Assembly: GCA_045600305.1 (NCBI GenBank)
Contig: JAZRXQ010000153.1
Coordinates: 1 to 47,706 of the forward strand
Reading direction: 5' to 3'
From: Lachnospiraceae bacterium
GTDB taxonomy: Bacteria > Bacillota > Clostridia > Lachnospirales > Lachnospiraceae
DNA length: 47,706 bases
Position numbers and translations under genes: made by a program. Below the pieces are notes generated by a model. That model was not told where the DNA came from, did not search any database, and saw only the letters and a program-made list of their open reading frames with translations. This document shows, in pieces, positions 1 through 7,197 of this stretch (the first letter of the stretch is position 1; every line of letters starts with the position of its first letter).

Positions 1-188
1 ATTACAACATTGCCCTTTATTGAGCCAATTATTTTATGTATTAATTCATTCTGTTTTGCAGTATCCGAAGGCCTGCACATATTGAATTCATAACATAAAT
101 CAGCACAGTTTTCGCGTTTTTCTATTAAATCTTTATCATAATTAGCATCATACAAATATCCAGCCTGCGCTTTCTCCCACTCTGTCAT
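1..188 (-). CDS. Sugar O-acetyltransferase (maltose/galactoside O-acetyltransferase family), 5' part only; the gene continues past the left window edge
   Basis: Own translation of the minus strand from ATG 186-188 gives MTEWEKAQAGYLYDANYDKDLIEKRENCADLCYEFNMCRPSDTAKQNELIHKIIGSIKGNVVI. This is the typical N-terminal Mac domain of Maa/LacA-type acetyltransferases. An AGGGAG RBS lies 6 nt upstream. The ORF is absent from the track because the window edge cuts it. Confidence 0.7.
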   Translation of the reverse strand, partial: MTEWEKAQAGYLYDANYDKDLIEKRENCADLCYEFNMCRPSDTAKQNELIHKIIGSIKGNVV

Positions 189-474
189 ACTTTACTCCCT
201 TATTAAACAACTTTTTCAAATCTAAATTTTTGCGTAGCCTCAGGATATTTTTCTCTATCAACCTCAGATATAAACATATCATATGGTCTGGCACAGGTCT
301 TATAGGGTGCATAAAGTGCCTGATATATTACTAGTTTTTCTCCCGTCTCTGTGTGTGACGCAAATGCCAATATCTTATAGAGATACTCCGAAGTCTCTTG
401 ATTAACCCACTCTCTTAAAATGCTTAACAATATCCCCTATTCTTAAATCTCTGTCCATTTCAAAATCTCCTATT
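125..474. repeat. Left copy of a ~350-bp direct repeat (partner at 3500-3850)
   Basis: By-eye alignment of 125-474 with 3500-3850. The DUF1653 coding part is roughly 90-95 percent identical with one 2-bp indel. The acetyltransferase 5' end and RBS part is more diverged. Confidence 0.85.
203..458 (-). pseudogene. DUF1653 family gene copy disrupted by a 2-bp deletion (frameshift)
   Basis: From ATG 456-458 the minus strand reads [18 protein letters not shown]-stop. The intact paralog at 3578-3835 reads [26 protein letters not shown]. Copy A has GAGAG where copy B has GAGAGAG, near position 410. The track ORF 203-430 is the out-of-frame remainder and starts at a TTG. Confidence 0.75.
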
Positions 475-1675
475 TTAAGCAATGTTCACTATCTACGTTT
501 GGAGTAACATTATCTCTGATAAAGCCTGGTCCTCTTTTGTCGTCAGGTTCGCCTGGTCTACCATTTTCCCCATGACCTCCCATCATAGACTCAGGTATCT
601 CATCAACTTCTTCTCCATTTATAATGATGCTTCCGCCATTATAAGCAGCCCCACGTTCATAGTCAAATGCAGACTGTCCTTTTACGTTAATAGAGCCACT
701 ATTAACTATTATTACACCATTGGAATCAATTCCATCTGTATCCCCAGGTCCAGCCTCTACAGTTATTTTTCCACCATTTATTTCGATAACTATATCTAAG
801 TTATCGCATTTTTTTGATGCATTTATTCCATCGTCACTAGCATAAATATTAATTACACCACCATTAATCTGGATATAGGTTGCTTCAAGTCCCTCTTTTG
901 AATTAATATCAAAGCTTCCACCATCTATCACTAGATATGTATCGGTCTGTATTCCGTCACTTTCTGAATTAATTTTAAATTCACCATCATATATAGCTAT
1001 CGACTCATTAGCCTCAATAGCATCTTTTTTGCATGTTATAACGTATTTTCCACCCGTTATAACTAAATCGTCCTTTGCAGCTATACCATTACCCTGATTA
1101 GACTCTATAGAAAGTGTTCCTAATCCATTGAAAGACAAATCGTCCTTAGAAAAAATTACTGCATCTGTATTGATTTCCCCATCAGATATAAAATCACCTG
1201 TCACAGACAATTCATTATCCCCGCTTAGATTTATAAAGCATTTGTCCGCTGACTTAACATATATAACAGGGAAGCTGTCGTTAGTTATTTTTGCACTATC
1301 TAATACCAACTGCACTTTATCTTTTTTATCTGCTTCAACCTGTACTGTAAAGTTTTTTGCTTCGCCGGAAAAAATATATGCTCCTTCAGACTTAATCACA
1401 TAACTACTATTGTCTTCGGCTGTGACAGTCGTAGCAGCTGTCAGATCCGGACTCATCTCTAAATCCCTATTGCTATATAACTTATCTCTATCAACATCTA
1501 ATGCAATATAGGACGCATCATTCTTGCCCTCAAAACCCATTTCCCCATCTGGTGGTGTTGGCATATTCATAAAACTCCCCGGTTTTTGCATGTCAGCACT
1601 ACAACCAGCAAAAAGAATTGCAGATAACACCAATATGTGTGCTAATAGAATATTCTTGATTTTCCTCGTTTTCAT
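470..1675 (-). CDS. Secreted lipoprotein, carbohydrate-binding beta-helix protein of the Cthe_2159-like family
   Basis: Lipoprotein signal peptide with lipobox (LSAILFAGC). Repetitive motifs include DAVIFSKDDLSFNG, NGIAAKDDLVITGG, DGIQTDTYLVIDGGSF and DDGINAS, as I remember them from carbohydrate-binding domain-containing proteins of Clostridia. A GGGAGG RBS precedes the ATG at 1675. Confidence 0.7.
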   Translation of the reverse strand: MKTRKIKNILLAHILVLSAILFAGCSADMQKPGSFMNMPTPPDGEMGFEGKNDASYIALDVDRDKLYSNRDLEMSPDLTAATTVTAEDNSSYVIKSEGAYIFSGEAKNFTVQVEADKKDKVQLVLDSAKITNDSFPVIYVKSADKCFINLSGDNELSVTGDFISDGEINTDAVIFSKDDLSFNGLGTLSIESNQGNGIAAKDDLVITGGKYVITCKKDAIEANESIAIYDGEFKINSESDGIQTDTYLVIDGGSFDINSKEGLEATYIQINGGVINIYASDDGINASKKCDNLDIVIEINGGKITVEAGPGDTDGIDSNGVIIVNSGSINVKGQSAFDYERGAAYNGGSIIINGEEVDEIPESMMGGHGENGRPGEPDDKRGPGFIRDNVTPNVDSEHCLK

Positions 1676-1753
1676 ACTGTTCCTCCCGTTTTTACAAAAG
1701 AATAAAAACCAAAAATGAAAGAACTTTGATTAAATTATGTTTTTTTTGTGTAT

Positions 1754-1777
1754 ATGAATTTAAGGATGAATTTAAGG
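1754..1777. repeat. Perfect tandem 12-mer ATGAATTTAAGG x2 between the lipoprotein gene start and the RNA element
   Basis: Read directly: atgaatttaagg at 1754-1765 and again at 1766-1777. Confidence 0.9.
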
Positions 1778-1797
1778 CATTCCTCTAGTTATGATTC

Positions 1798-2563
1798 GAT
1801 AGAGGTACTATCTGGTTTATATGACGCTATGCAGTATGGCGCACTATGGGGCGCACCGGATTTCAAACAGCTTTCACGCTGTGCAACCTTCGGTCCCGCG
1901 CATTTATGTTACGTAGCATATAGTTAATGCGTCGCTCAGGTGCGCATTAATCGCAATTTGCTTGCAAATTGTGATAGTTCAAACTCGCAAACGTAGTGCG
2001 AGTTTGAACATAATGTAATTGGCTGAGAATCGTTCCAACTCTTCGAGTTGTCACTGTCGCTATTCCTTCGGAATAAGCGACTATTGCCGCCGAAGCGCGT
2101 ACCTCGGTTCACGACGCGTGAAAAACTCATCCAGCGCATCCCCATAGCTGCCTTCATACTGATAGCTGTTACACGAAATACAGCGGATTGCACAAATCGC
2201 TCAATCCACATGCATTCAGCTCAGCAACCACATTGGCGAGGCATTATAACATAGAACAATATCTACTATCGGAATATCAAGTAACAGCTGTCTATGCATG
2301 TGTCAGGGCTATATGCATAGCTAGCGACTTTTGCAGTCCGTGGTGACAGAAGTCGAAAAAACCGCGCGACAAATCCGACAGGGATGTCGGATTTAGCGAA
2401 CTGTGGTTGGATGTTAACAGTGAGCGGTCCGAAGCCCGAAGGGGCGAGGTTTTTTCGAGTTCCTAAGTCAGCCACGTGACTGACAACACGGAGCGCATGC
2501 TATGTATATAGTCCTGACACGTTATAAGACAGCGTTCTATGCACATCAGATAGTCCCTCTATC
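1798..2563 (+). ncRNA. Candidate large (~766 nt) highly structured non-coding RNA of unassigned family; strand is tentative
   Basis: No credible ORF. Clearly GC-richer than the flanks (31/60 G+C by hand in 1801-1860). Closing helix GATAGAGGTACTATCTG 1798-1814 / CAGATAGTCCCTCTATC 2547-2563 is 16/17 paired. Internal helices are 1977-1989/1997-2009 (13 bp perfect), 2371-2380/2385-2394 (10 bp, GGGA loop), 2353-2363/2448-2458 (11 bp long-range), 1951-1960/1965-1974 (10 bp with one G-U), 2056-2066/2070-2081, 1924-1931/1943-1950 and 2292-2299/2313-2320. The GNRA loop and the G-U pairs exist only on the plus strand. A U-tract (CACUUUUUAUU) follows the 3' arm. Confidence 0.6.
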
Positions 2564-2591
2564 CACTTTTTATTCTCCAATCAATTATTCA

Positions 2592-3563
2592 TCAATTATA
2601 ATTCTTTTTATTAACTATATAGATTCCCAAGCACACCAGCACTAGCGATACAACAGCAATTATGCTGAGGGCTTCGTATTCTTTCAACATTATTGCTGAA
2701 AGAATAAATCCTATCATTGGATTCATAAATCCAAATACTGCAACCCTTGATACAGGATTATATGTTAAAAGCAAACTCCAAAGCGAATATGCTACCGCGC
2801 TGACTATTGCAAGATATAAGAGCATCAGACCTCCGTCCCAGTTAAATCTGTTTATCCGTCCACCCATTAATAGCCCTGCTATAGTCATCACTATTCCGCC
2901 AAACACAAACTGCCATCCACTTAGCATAACAGTATTTTCATCCTTGGAATATTTTTTTAGCATAACCGATGAAAAAGCATAAGATACAGTTGATAGAAAA
3001 ATAAAGCCCTCTCCTGTAAATGTCATATTGAAGTTAATACTTTTTCCAGATAAGTTAATCAGCAAAACACCTAAAAAACCTACGACACAGCCAATTATTT
3101 TCTTCACAGTAAGCTTTTCCAGCTTAAAAATAAGGCTAGAAACCAGGATAGCAACAAATACGTTCATCCCTTCGATGATAGATGCCTTAGTTCCATCTGT
3201 ATGTGCTAGTCCAATGTAGAAAAACAGATACTGTATTATAGTCTGAAATAATGACAGTATAGCTACCTTGGGAATAGCTTTTTTTGTTGGATACAAGAAT
3301 CTCTTATTGGTAACAGAACCAATTATTATGGCAATAATCCCCGCTATAAAAAACCTCAGTCCCGCATATAGAATCTGTGATGCTGTATCACCAGCACATA
3401 TATCCATCATCTCATAGCCAAGCTTAATACAGGGAAAAGCACTGCCCCAAAGAGCACTACAGATTAGAGCACCTATCCAGACAACAACGGTTTTTGTCAT
3501 AAAATCCTTAGCATAATTAGCATTATACAAATATCCAGCCTTCGCTTTCTTACGCTTTGTCAT
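2592..3563 (-). CDS. EamA/DMT-family transporter with a chimeric 5' end
   Basis: About 10 predicted TM segments and two EamA-like halves. The first 21 codons (MTKRKKAKAGYLYNANYAKDF) derive from the duplicated acetyltransferase 5' end (compare MTEWEKAQAGYLYDANYDKDL at 188 downward). The ancestral start may be ATG 3498-3500 (MTKTVVVWIGAL). A strong AAGGAG RBS serves the 3563 start. Confidence 0.8.
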   Translation of the reverse strand: MTKRKKAKAGYLYNANYAKDFMTKTVVVWIGALICSALWGSAFPCIKLGYEMMDICAGDTASQILYAGLRFFIAGIIAIIIGSVTNKRFLYPTKKAIPKVAILSLFQTIIQYLFFYIGLAHTDGTKASIIEGMNVFVAILVSSLIFKLEKLTVKKIIGCVVGFLGVLLINLSGKSINFNMTFTGEGFIFLSTVSYAFSSVMLKKYSKDENTVMLSGWQFVFGGIVMTIAGLLMGGRINRFNWDGGLMLLYLAIVSAVAYSLWSLLLTYNPVSRVAVFGFMNPMIGFILSAIMLKEYEALSIIAVVSLVLVCLGIYIVNKKNYN

Positions 3564-3850
3564 ATTTTGCTCCTTAATTAAACAACTTTTTCAAATCTAA
3601 ATTTTTGCGTAGCCTCAGGGTATTTTTCTCTATCAACCTCAGACATAAACATATCATACGGTCTGGCACAGGTCTTGTAAGGTGCATAAAGTGCTTGATA
3701 TATTACTAGTTTTTCTCCCGTTTCTGTATGAGACGCAAATGCCAATATCTTATAGAGATACTCCGAAGTCTCCTGATTTGCCCACTCTCTCTTAAAATGC
3801 TTAACAATATCTCCCACTCTTAAATCTCTGTCCATGTTTCATTCTCCTAT
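3500..3850. repeat. Right copy of the ~350-bp direct repeat (partner at 125-474)
   Basis: Same alignment as for 125-474. Homology fades near 3500 on the left and ends just past the DUF1653 RBS near 3850. Confidence 0.85.
3578..3835 (-). CDS. DUF1653 domain protein (intact copy)
   Basis: The 85-aa ORF contains [11 protein letters not shown]...[55 protein letters not shown], the pattern I recall for DUF1653. Confidence 0.75.
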   Translation of the reverse strand: MDRDLRVGDIVKHFKREWANQETSEYLYKILAFASHTETGEKLVIYQALYAPYKTCARPYDMFMSEVDREKYPEATQKFRFEKVV

Positions 3851-3892
3851 CAAAAATTTGTCTGTTGCAACAGCATTTGGATTTACAAAAAA

Positions 3893-4372
3893 CTATTTAT
3901 GGTACGGTTCGTTATTAATGATTCTATAAGATCTGTATATTTGCTCTAACAGGATTACTCGCATGAGCTGGTGGGGGAAGGTCATTGGTGAGAAGCTAAG
4001 CTTTTCATTTGCCATGGATAAAACTGAACTATGTAAGCCCAGTGACCCACCTATTATAAAATTGATCTCAGAATTACCATCAACTGATAGCTTAGAAATG
4101 TGCTTGGCAAGGGCTGGCGAATCATAGGTCTTGCCATCTATAGCAAGAGCAATAGTGTATGTATTAGGCTTAATCTTGGATATAATCCTCTCGCCCTCTA
4201 TTCTTTTTATCTGCTCCTCTATAGCTTCACTTGCCCCATCAGGAGTCATCTCGTCCTTGACCTCAATTATCTGTAATTTGCAGTAACGAGACAACCTCTT
4301 AGAATATTCTGCAATCGCATCTACGAAGTATTTTTCTTTTATTTTTCCTACACATATTATATTTATATTCAT
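3893..4372 (-). CDS. rlmH: 23S rRNA (pseudouridine1915-N3)-methyltransferase RlmH
   Basis: 159 aa with start MNINIICVGKIK, GGSLGL and the C-terminal PHQLMRVILLEQIYRSYRI...PYHK typical of SPOUT RlmH. Confidence 0.9.
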   Translation of the reverse strand: MNINIICVGKIKEKYFVDAIAEYSKRLSRYCKLQIIEVKDEMTPDGASEAIEEQIKRIEGERIISKIKPNTYTIALAIDGKTYDSPALAKHISKLSVDGNSEINFIIGGSLGLHSSVLSMANEKLSFSPMTFPHQLMRVILLEQIYRSYRIINNEPYHK

Positions 4373-4380
4373 AACGTTAT

Positions 4381-4421
4381 TTATAAAAAGGAGTCAAACG
4401 CCAAATAGCATTTAACTCCTT
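4381..4421 (-). terminator. Terminator-like hairpin between the 85-aa membrane protein gene and rlmH
   Basis: Minus strand reads AAGGAGUUAAAUGC-uauuug-GCGUUUGACUCCUU followed by UUUAUAA. The two wobble pairs work only on the minus strand. It ends 9 nt before the rlmH ATG, so it may be an attenuator or stabiliser rather than a full stop. Confidence 0.4.
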
Positions 4422-4448
4422 GCATGAGTAATTGAATACTGAACCTTA

Positions 4449-4706
4449 TTATCTCATAGTCATTATCTCAGCCGCAATAAGCAGTGAATAAATTACAGTA
4501 AATATTATTGTCAGCACAACACTTAAAATAATACCTACAATAGCACAAGTCTTACCTGTTCTAGCCTTGGCCTTGGCAGTCTCTGAAGCCTCGAAGCTAT
4601 TAAGTATCTGGCTAGCAAATACAAGTGCAACTATTGCTGCAGGAAGAGATCCTGTAGGTATAGAAACAATACCCAAAACCTTGCATGCTGTCGACTTTCC
4701 TTCCAT
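4449..4706 (-). CDS. Small membrane protein (two TM helices), function unknown
   Basis: 85-aa ORF with two hydrophobic helices separated by a charged loop (SFEASETAKAKARTGK). The GGAGG RBS region is present. Confidence 0.55.
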   Translation of the reverse strand: MEGKSTACKVLGIVSIPTGSLPAAIVALVFASQILNSFEASETAKAKARTGKTCAIVGIILSVVLTIIFTVIYSLLIAAEIMTMR

Positions 4707-4739
4707 ATTGATTACCTCCTAAAAATATTAATATTGTTA

Positions 4740-5330
4740 TTAAACTCCTAGCTCAACATTCATCTCAGCCTCAGCCTCTTTGGCAAACTGATCAATTGTC
4801 TCCTCACTGATCACTGGAAGCTCATCTATACTCTCTACCCCAAAGCTACGAAGAAATTCCTCTGTGGTGCCAAATAAAATAGGCTTGCCTGGCGCATCAA
4901 GACGTCCCAACTCCTGAATCAGATTATATTCAACAAGCTTATTTACCGCATGGTCACAGGAAACTCCTCTGATTTTCTCTATTTCTACACGAGTAATGGG
5001 CTGCTTATACGCAATAATTGATAGTGTCTCTAAAACCGTATCTGTGAGCACATGCTTCTTGGGTTGTTTGGCAATACGTATAAGATACTCATATGTGTCA
5101 GCCTTGGTACACATCTGAAAGCTACCATCGAGCTCTATTATACCCATACCTCTGTCAGAAGAATTATACTCCTCCTGAAGCTCCTCAATTATCTTTCTCG
5201 CCTCACTAGCTTCTATCTCTAACGCATTTGCTATTCTGTCAACAGGGACAGCTTCGCCCATGGTAAACAGAATTGATTCAATTATTTTTTTGTAATTAAT
5301 CTCTTTATTATCCATAATACTAAGCAGCAA
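4740..5330 (-). CDS. scpB: Segregation and condensation protein B
   Basis: IESILFTMGEAVPVDRIA, SIIAYKQPITRVEIEKIRGV and GRLDAPGKPILFGTT motifs. It overlaps the scpA stop, as is usual. Confidence 0.9.
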   Translation of the reverse strand: MLLSIMDNKEINYKKIIESILFTMGEAVPVDRIANALEIEASEARKIIEELQEEYNSSDRGMGIIELDGSFQMCTKADTYEYLIRIAKQPKKHVLTDTVLETLSIIAYKQPITRVEIEKIRGVSCDHAVNKLVEYNLIQELGRLDAPGKPILFGTTEEFLRSFGVESIDELPVISEETIDQFAKEAEAEMNVELGV

Positions 5331-6081
5331 CCTGCGATGTAATCATAATATCATCAAATAGATTATCCTGTCTAATAACTACCGTTCCCGATTTCATAAG
5401 CTCTAATATAGCTAAAAATGTTACAATAACCTCTACCCTTGACGAAGCAGCAGTAAGCATACCTCTAAATGAAAAGCTCTTGTGGCTTCTAGCATAGTCT
5501 CTTAGGTAAACTATCTTGTCCTCCATAGAGACCTCTTCCTTTTTGATGCTTCCAAACTTAGAACGAACAGGGTCAACTCTATCCTCTTTACGTCTCATAA
5601 TAGACTGGAAAATAGCATTAAGCTTGGTAAGCGTCATATCTCCTACTAACTCATCTAAATCAATAGGCTGCTCATATTCCATGACCTCTTCAGGTAAGCT
5701 CTTCTCTCTAAACATGAGCTTATCAGCATCCATCTGTCTATCCTTGAGCTCAGTAGAAATATATTTATACATCTTGTACTCAAGTAGCTGTGCAACAAGC
5801 TCGGCTCTAGGATCAAGCTCCTCCTCCCCATCTTCAGAAACTACCTCCTGAGGAAGAAGCATTCTAGCCTTGATATCTAAAAGCGTAGCCGCCATGACCA
5901 TAAACTCGCTCATAATAGCCATATCGTGACGCTTCATCTCTCCTATACACTCCATATACTGATCTGTAATAAGAGCAATGGGAATGTCATATATATTTAC
6001 TTTATTCTTGTCAATAAGATGAAGTAAAAGGTCAAGTGGTCCCTCAAACTCCAGATTCTCAAGCTTAAATGTCATATCCAT
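5320..6081 (-). CDS. scpA: Segregation and condensation protein A
   Basis: FEGPLDLLLHLIDKNKVNIYDIPIALITDQY motif. The track ORF begins at TTG 6090. I prefer ATG 6079-6081, which has GAGG 10 nt upstream. Confidence 0.88.
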   Translation of the reverse strand: MDMTFKLENLEFEGPLDLLLHLIDKNKVNIYDIPIALITDQYMECIGEMKRHDMAIMSEFMVMAATLLDIKARMLLPQEVVSEDGEEELDPRAELVAQLLEYKMYKYISTELKDRQMDADKLMFREKSLPEEVMEYEQPIDLDELVGDMTLTKLNAIFQSIMRRKEDRVDPVRSKFGSIKKEEVSMEDKIVYLRDYARSHKSFSFRGMLTAASSRVEVIVTFLAILELMKSGTVVIRQDNLFDDIMITSQVAA

Positions 6082-6120
6082 AGTATGCAAACCTCAACAT
6101 AATGTGATAACTCTTGCAAC

Positions 6121-6149
6121 ACTATACTATATATAGGCTTGTTTTTCAA
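6121..6149 (-). promoter_or_regulatory. Sigma-A-type promoter for scpAB
   Basis: Minus strand: TTGAAA (6149-6144), 17-nt spacer, TATAGT (6126-6121). Confidence 0.45.
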
Positions 6150-6205
6150 GTGTAAAATACCATATTTAGTGGCTTTTTATATAAAAATAAGCATAAACAT
6201 ACTAT

Positions 6206-7060
6206 TTATTGTATATCTATGCTTAAAATCTCTGCTCTATTGCAAACTCTTATATTAAAGGTATGTGTACCTAAGCCTCTACTGGTAATAGCAACATGCC
6301 CATCTGTATCCCTAGTCATACCCGTTGAATACTTGGGAAACAGCTCAAAGGAAGGCGAAATTACAGACCTCCCACCAGGCAAGCAGATAAGTCCACCGTG
6401 ATAATGACCACACAATGTCAAGTCAGCTCCCCAACTTAAATATTCTGGAGTGTATCTAGGATTATGTGCTAAAAGTATCACTGGCTCACTATCCTTCACA
6501 CAATACATATATCTATTGTATATCTTGGGTTCAAGAGGTCTTTTCTTGTTAAATTTACCGTAGTACTTTTGTCTTAGATTAAGACCATATACTGTAAGCT
6601 CATCAGAGCCTAATTTTACCCTCTTTGTATCATTTAGCAGTACAACAACGCCCAAATCTCTCACACGCTTCATATAGGCTACAAACGCTTTGTGATAAAC
6701 CTTACCATTTCTATCTGCTCTCATCTCATGATTGCCATAAGCATAATATACTGGGGCTATCTTAACTATGCGTTCAAGCAAGCTATAAGCTCTTTCGTAC
6801 TGATCTGACCTGGCTGTAGTGATAAGGTCACCAGCAATAAATATTATTTCTGGATTCTCTTTTTTTACAGCATCGACAATTCTCTCATTATCACGTCCAT
6901 ACATTCTTCCATGAAGATCAGAAATCATAACAAGTCTATGCTTATCTATAAGCTTACCTGTCTCAACAGTATATTTAGTTACCTTAAACTGCTGTAATTC
7001 TATAACCTGATATATAATAAATAATAGAACTATAGCACCTATAATATATAACGCTATCAT
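6206..7060 (-). CDS. Membrane-anchored metallophosphoesterase (YkuE/YaeI-like)
   Basis: SDLHG, GDL, GNHE and GHYHGG calcineurin-like motifs after one N-terminal TM helix. The track start is TTG 7090; ATG 7058-7060 (MIALYIIG) is more likely. Confidence 0.8.
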   Translation of the reverse strand: MIALYIIGAIVLLFIIYQVIELQQFKVTKYTVETGKLIDKHRLVMISDLHGRMYGRDNERIVDAVKKENPEIIFIAGDLITTARSDQYERAYSLLERIVKIAPVYYAYGNHEMRADRNGKVYHKAFVAYMKRVRDLGVVVLLNDTKRVKLGSDELTVYGLNLRQKYYGKFNKKRPLEPKIYNRYMYCVKDSEPVILLAHNPRYTPEYLSWGADLTLCGHYHGGLICLPGGRSVISPSFELFPKYSTGMTRDTDGHVAITSRGLGTHTFNIRVCNRAEILSIDIQ

Positions 7061-7197
7061 ACAATCATAGTATTTAATAATTATACGCAAGTCAACAAAA
7101 AAACTTTACTTTTGGATCAGTTATTAAAAATAAAACATGTAACTGTCAAATCATAAATTCAGCTTGAAAAATTAAGATAAAGTGCTACCCTATTATT

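Noticed and set aside
1936-2475. Track ORFs 1936-2211(-), 2048-2254(+) and 2266-2475(-) inside the long gap
   Set aside because: They are short (68-91 aa), mutually overlapping on both strands and have no RBS. Their composition is Arg/Ser/Cys-rich and unlike the neighbouring genes. They coincide with long perfect hairpins, so an RNA element explains them better.
1798-2563. Known RNA classes: group II intron, RNase P, tmRNA, SRP RNA or 6S
   Set aside because: No GAGGAAAGUCC P4 motif, no tRNA-like 3' end with CCA-proximal T-arm and no SRP GGAA/AGCA domain IV motif. No domain-V-like AGC...GNRA...bulged hairpin on either strand, and no reverse transcriptase or maturase ORF nearby. GUGCG-like strings occur but not at a plausible 5' boundary.
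1798-2563. MITE or non-autonomous transposon defined by 17-bp terminal inverted repeats
   Set aside because: This is not fully excluded. However, I see no target-site duplication next to the inverted pair (gattc / cactt) and no transposase. The interior is packed with nested helices, a GNRA loop and strand-specific G-U pairs, which fits RNA structure better. A genome-wide copy count would settle it.
4388-4421. Mini-ORF (MLFGV) after an AAGGAG inside the hairpin upstream of rlmH
   Set aside because: It has five codons and lies wholly inside a strong stem. This is most likely coincidental and is not reported as a feature.
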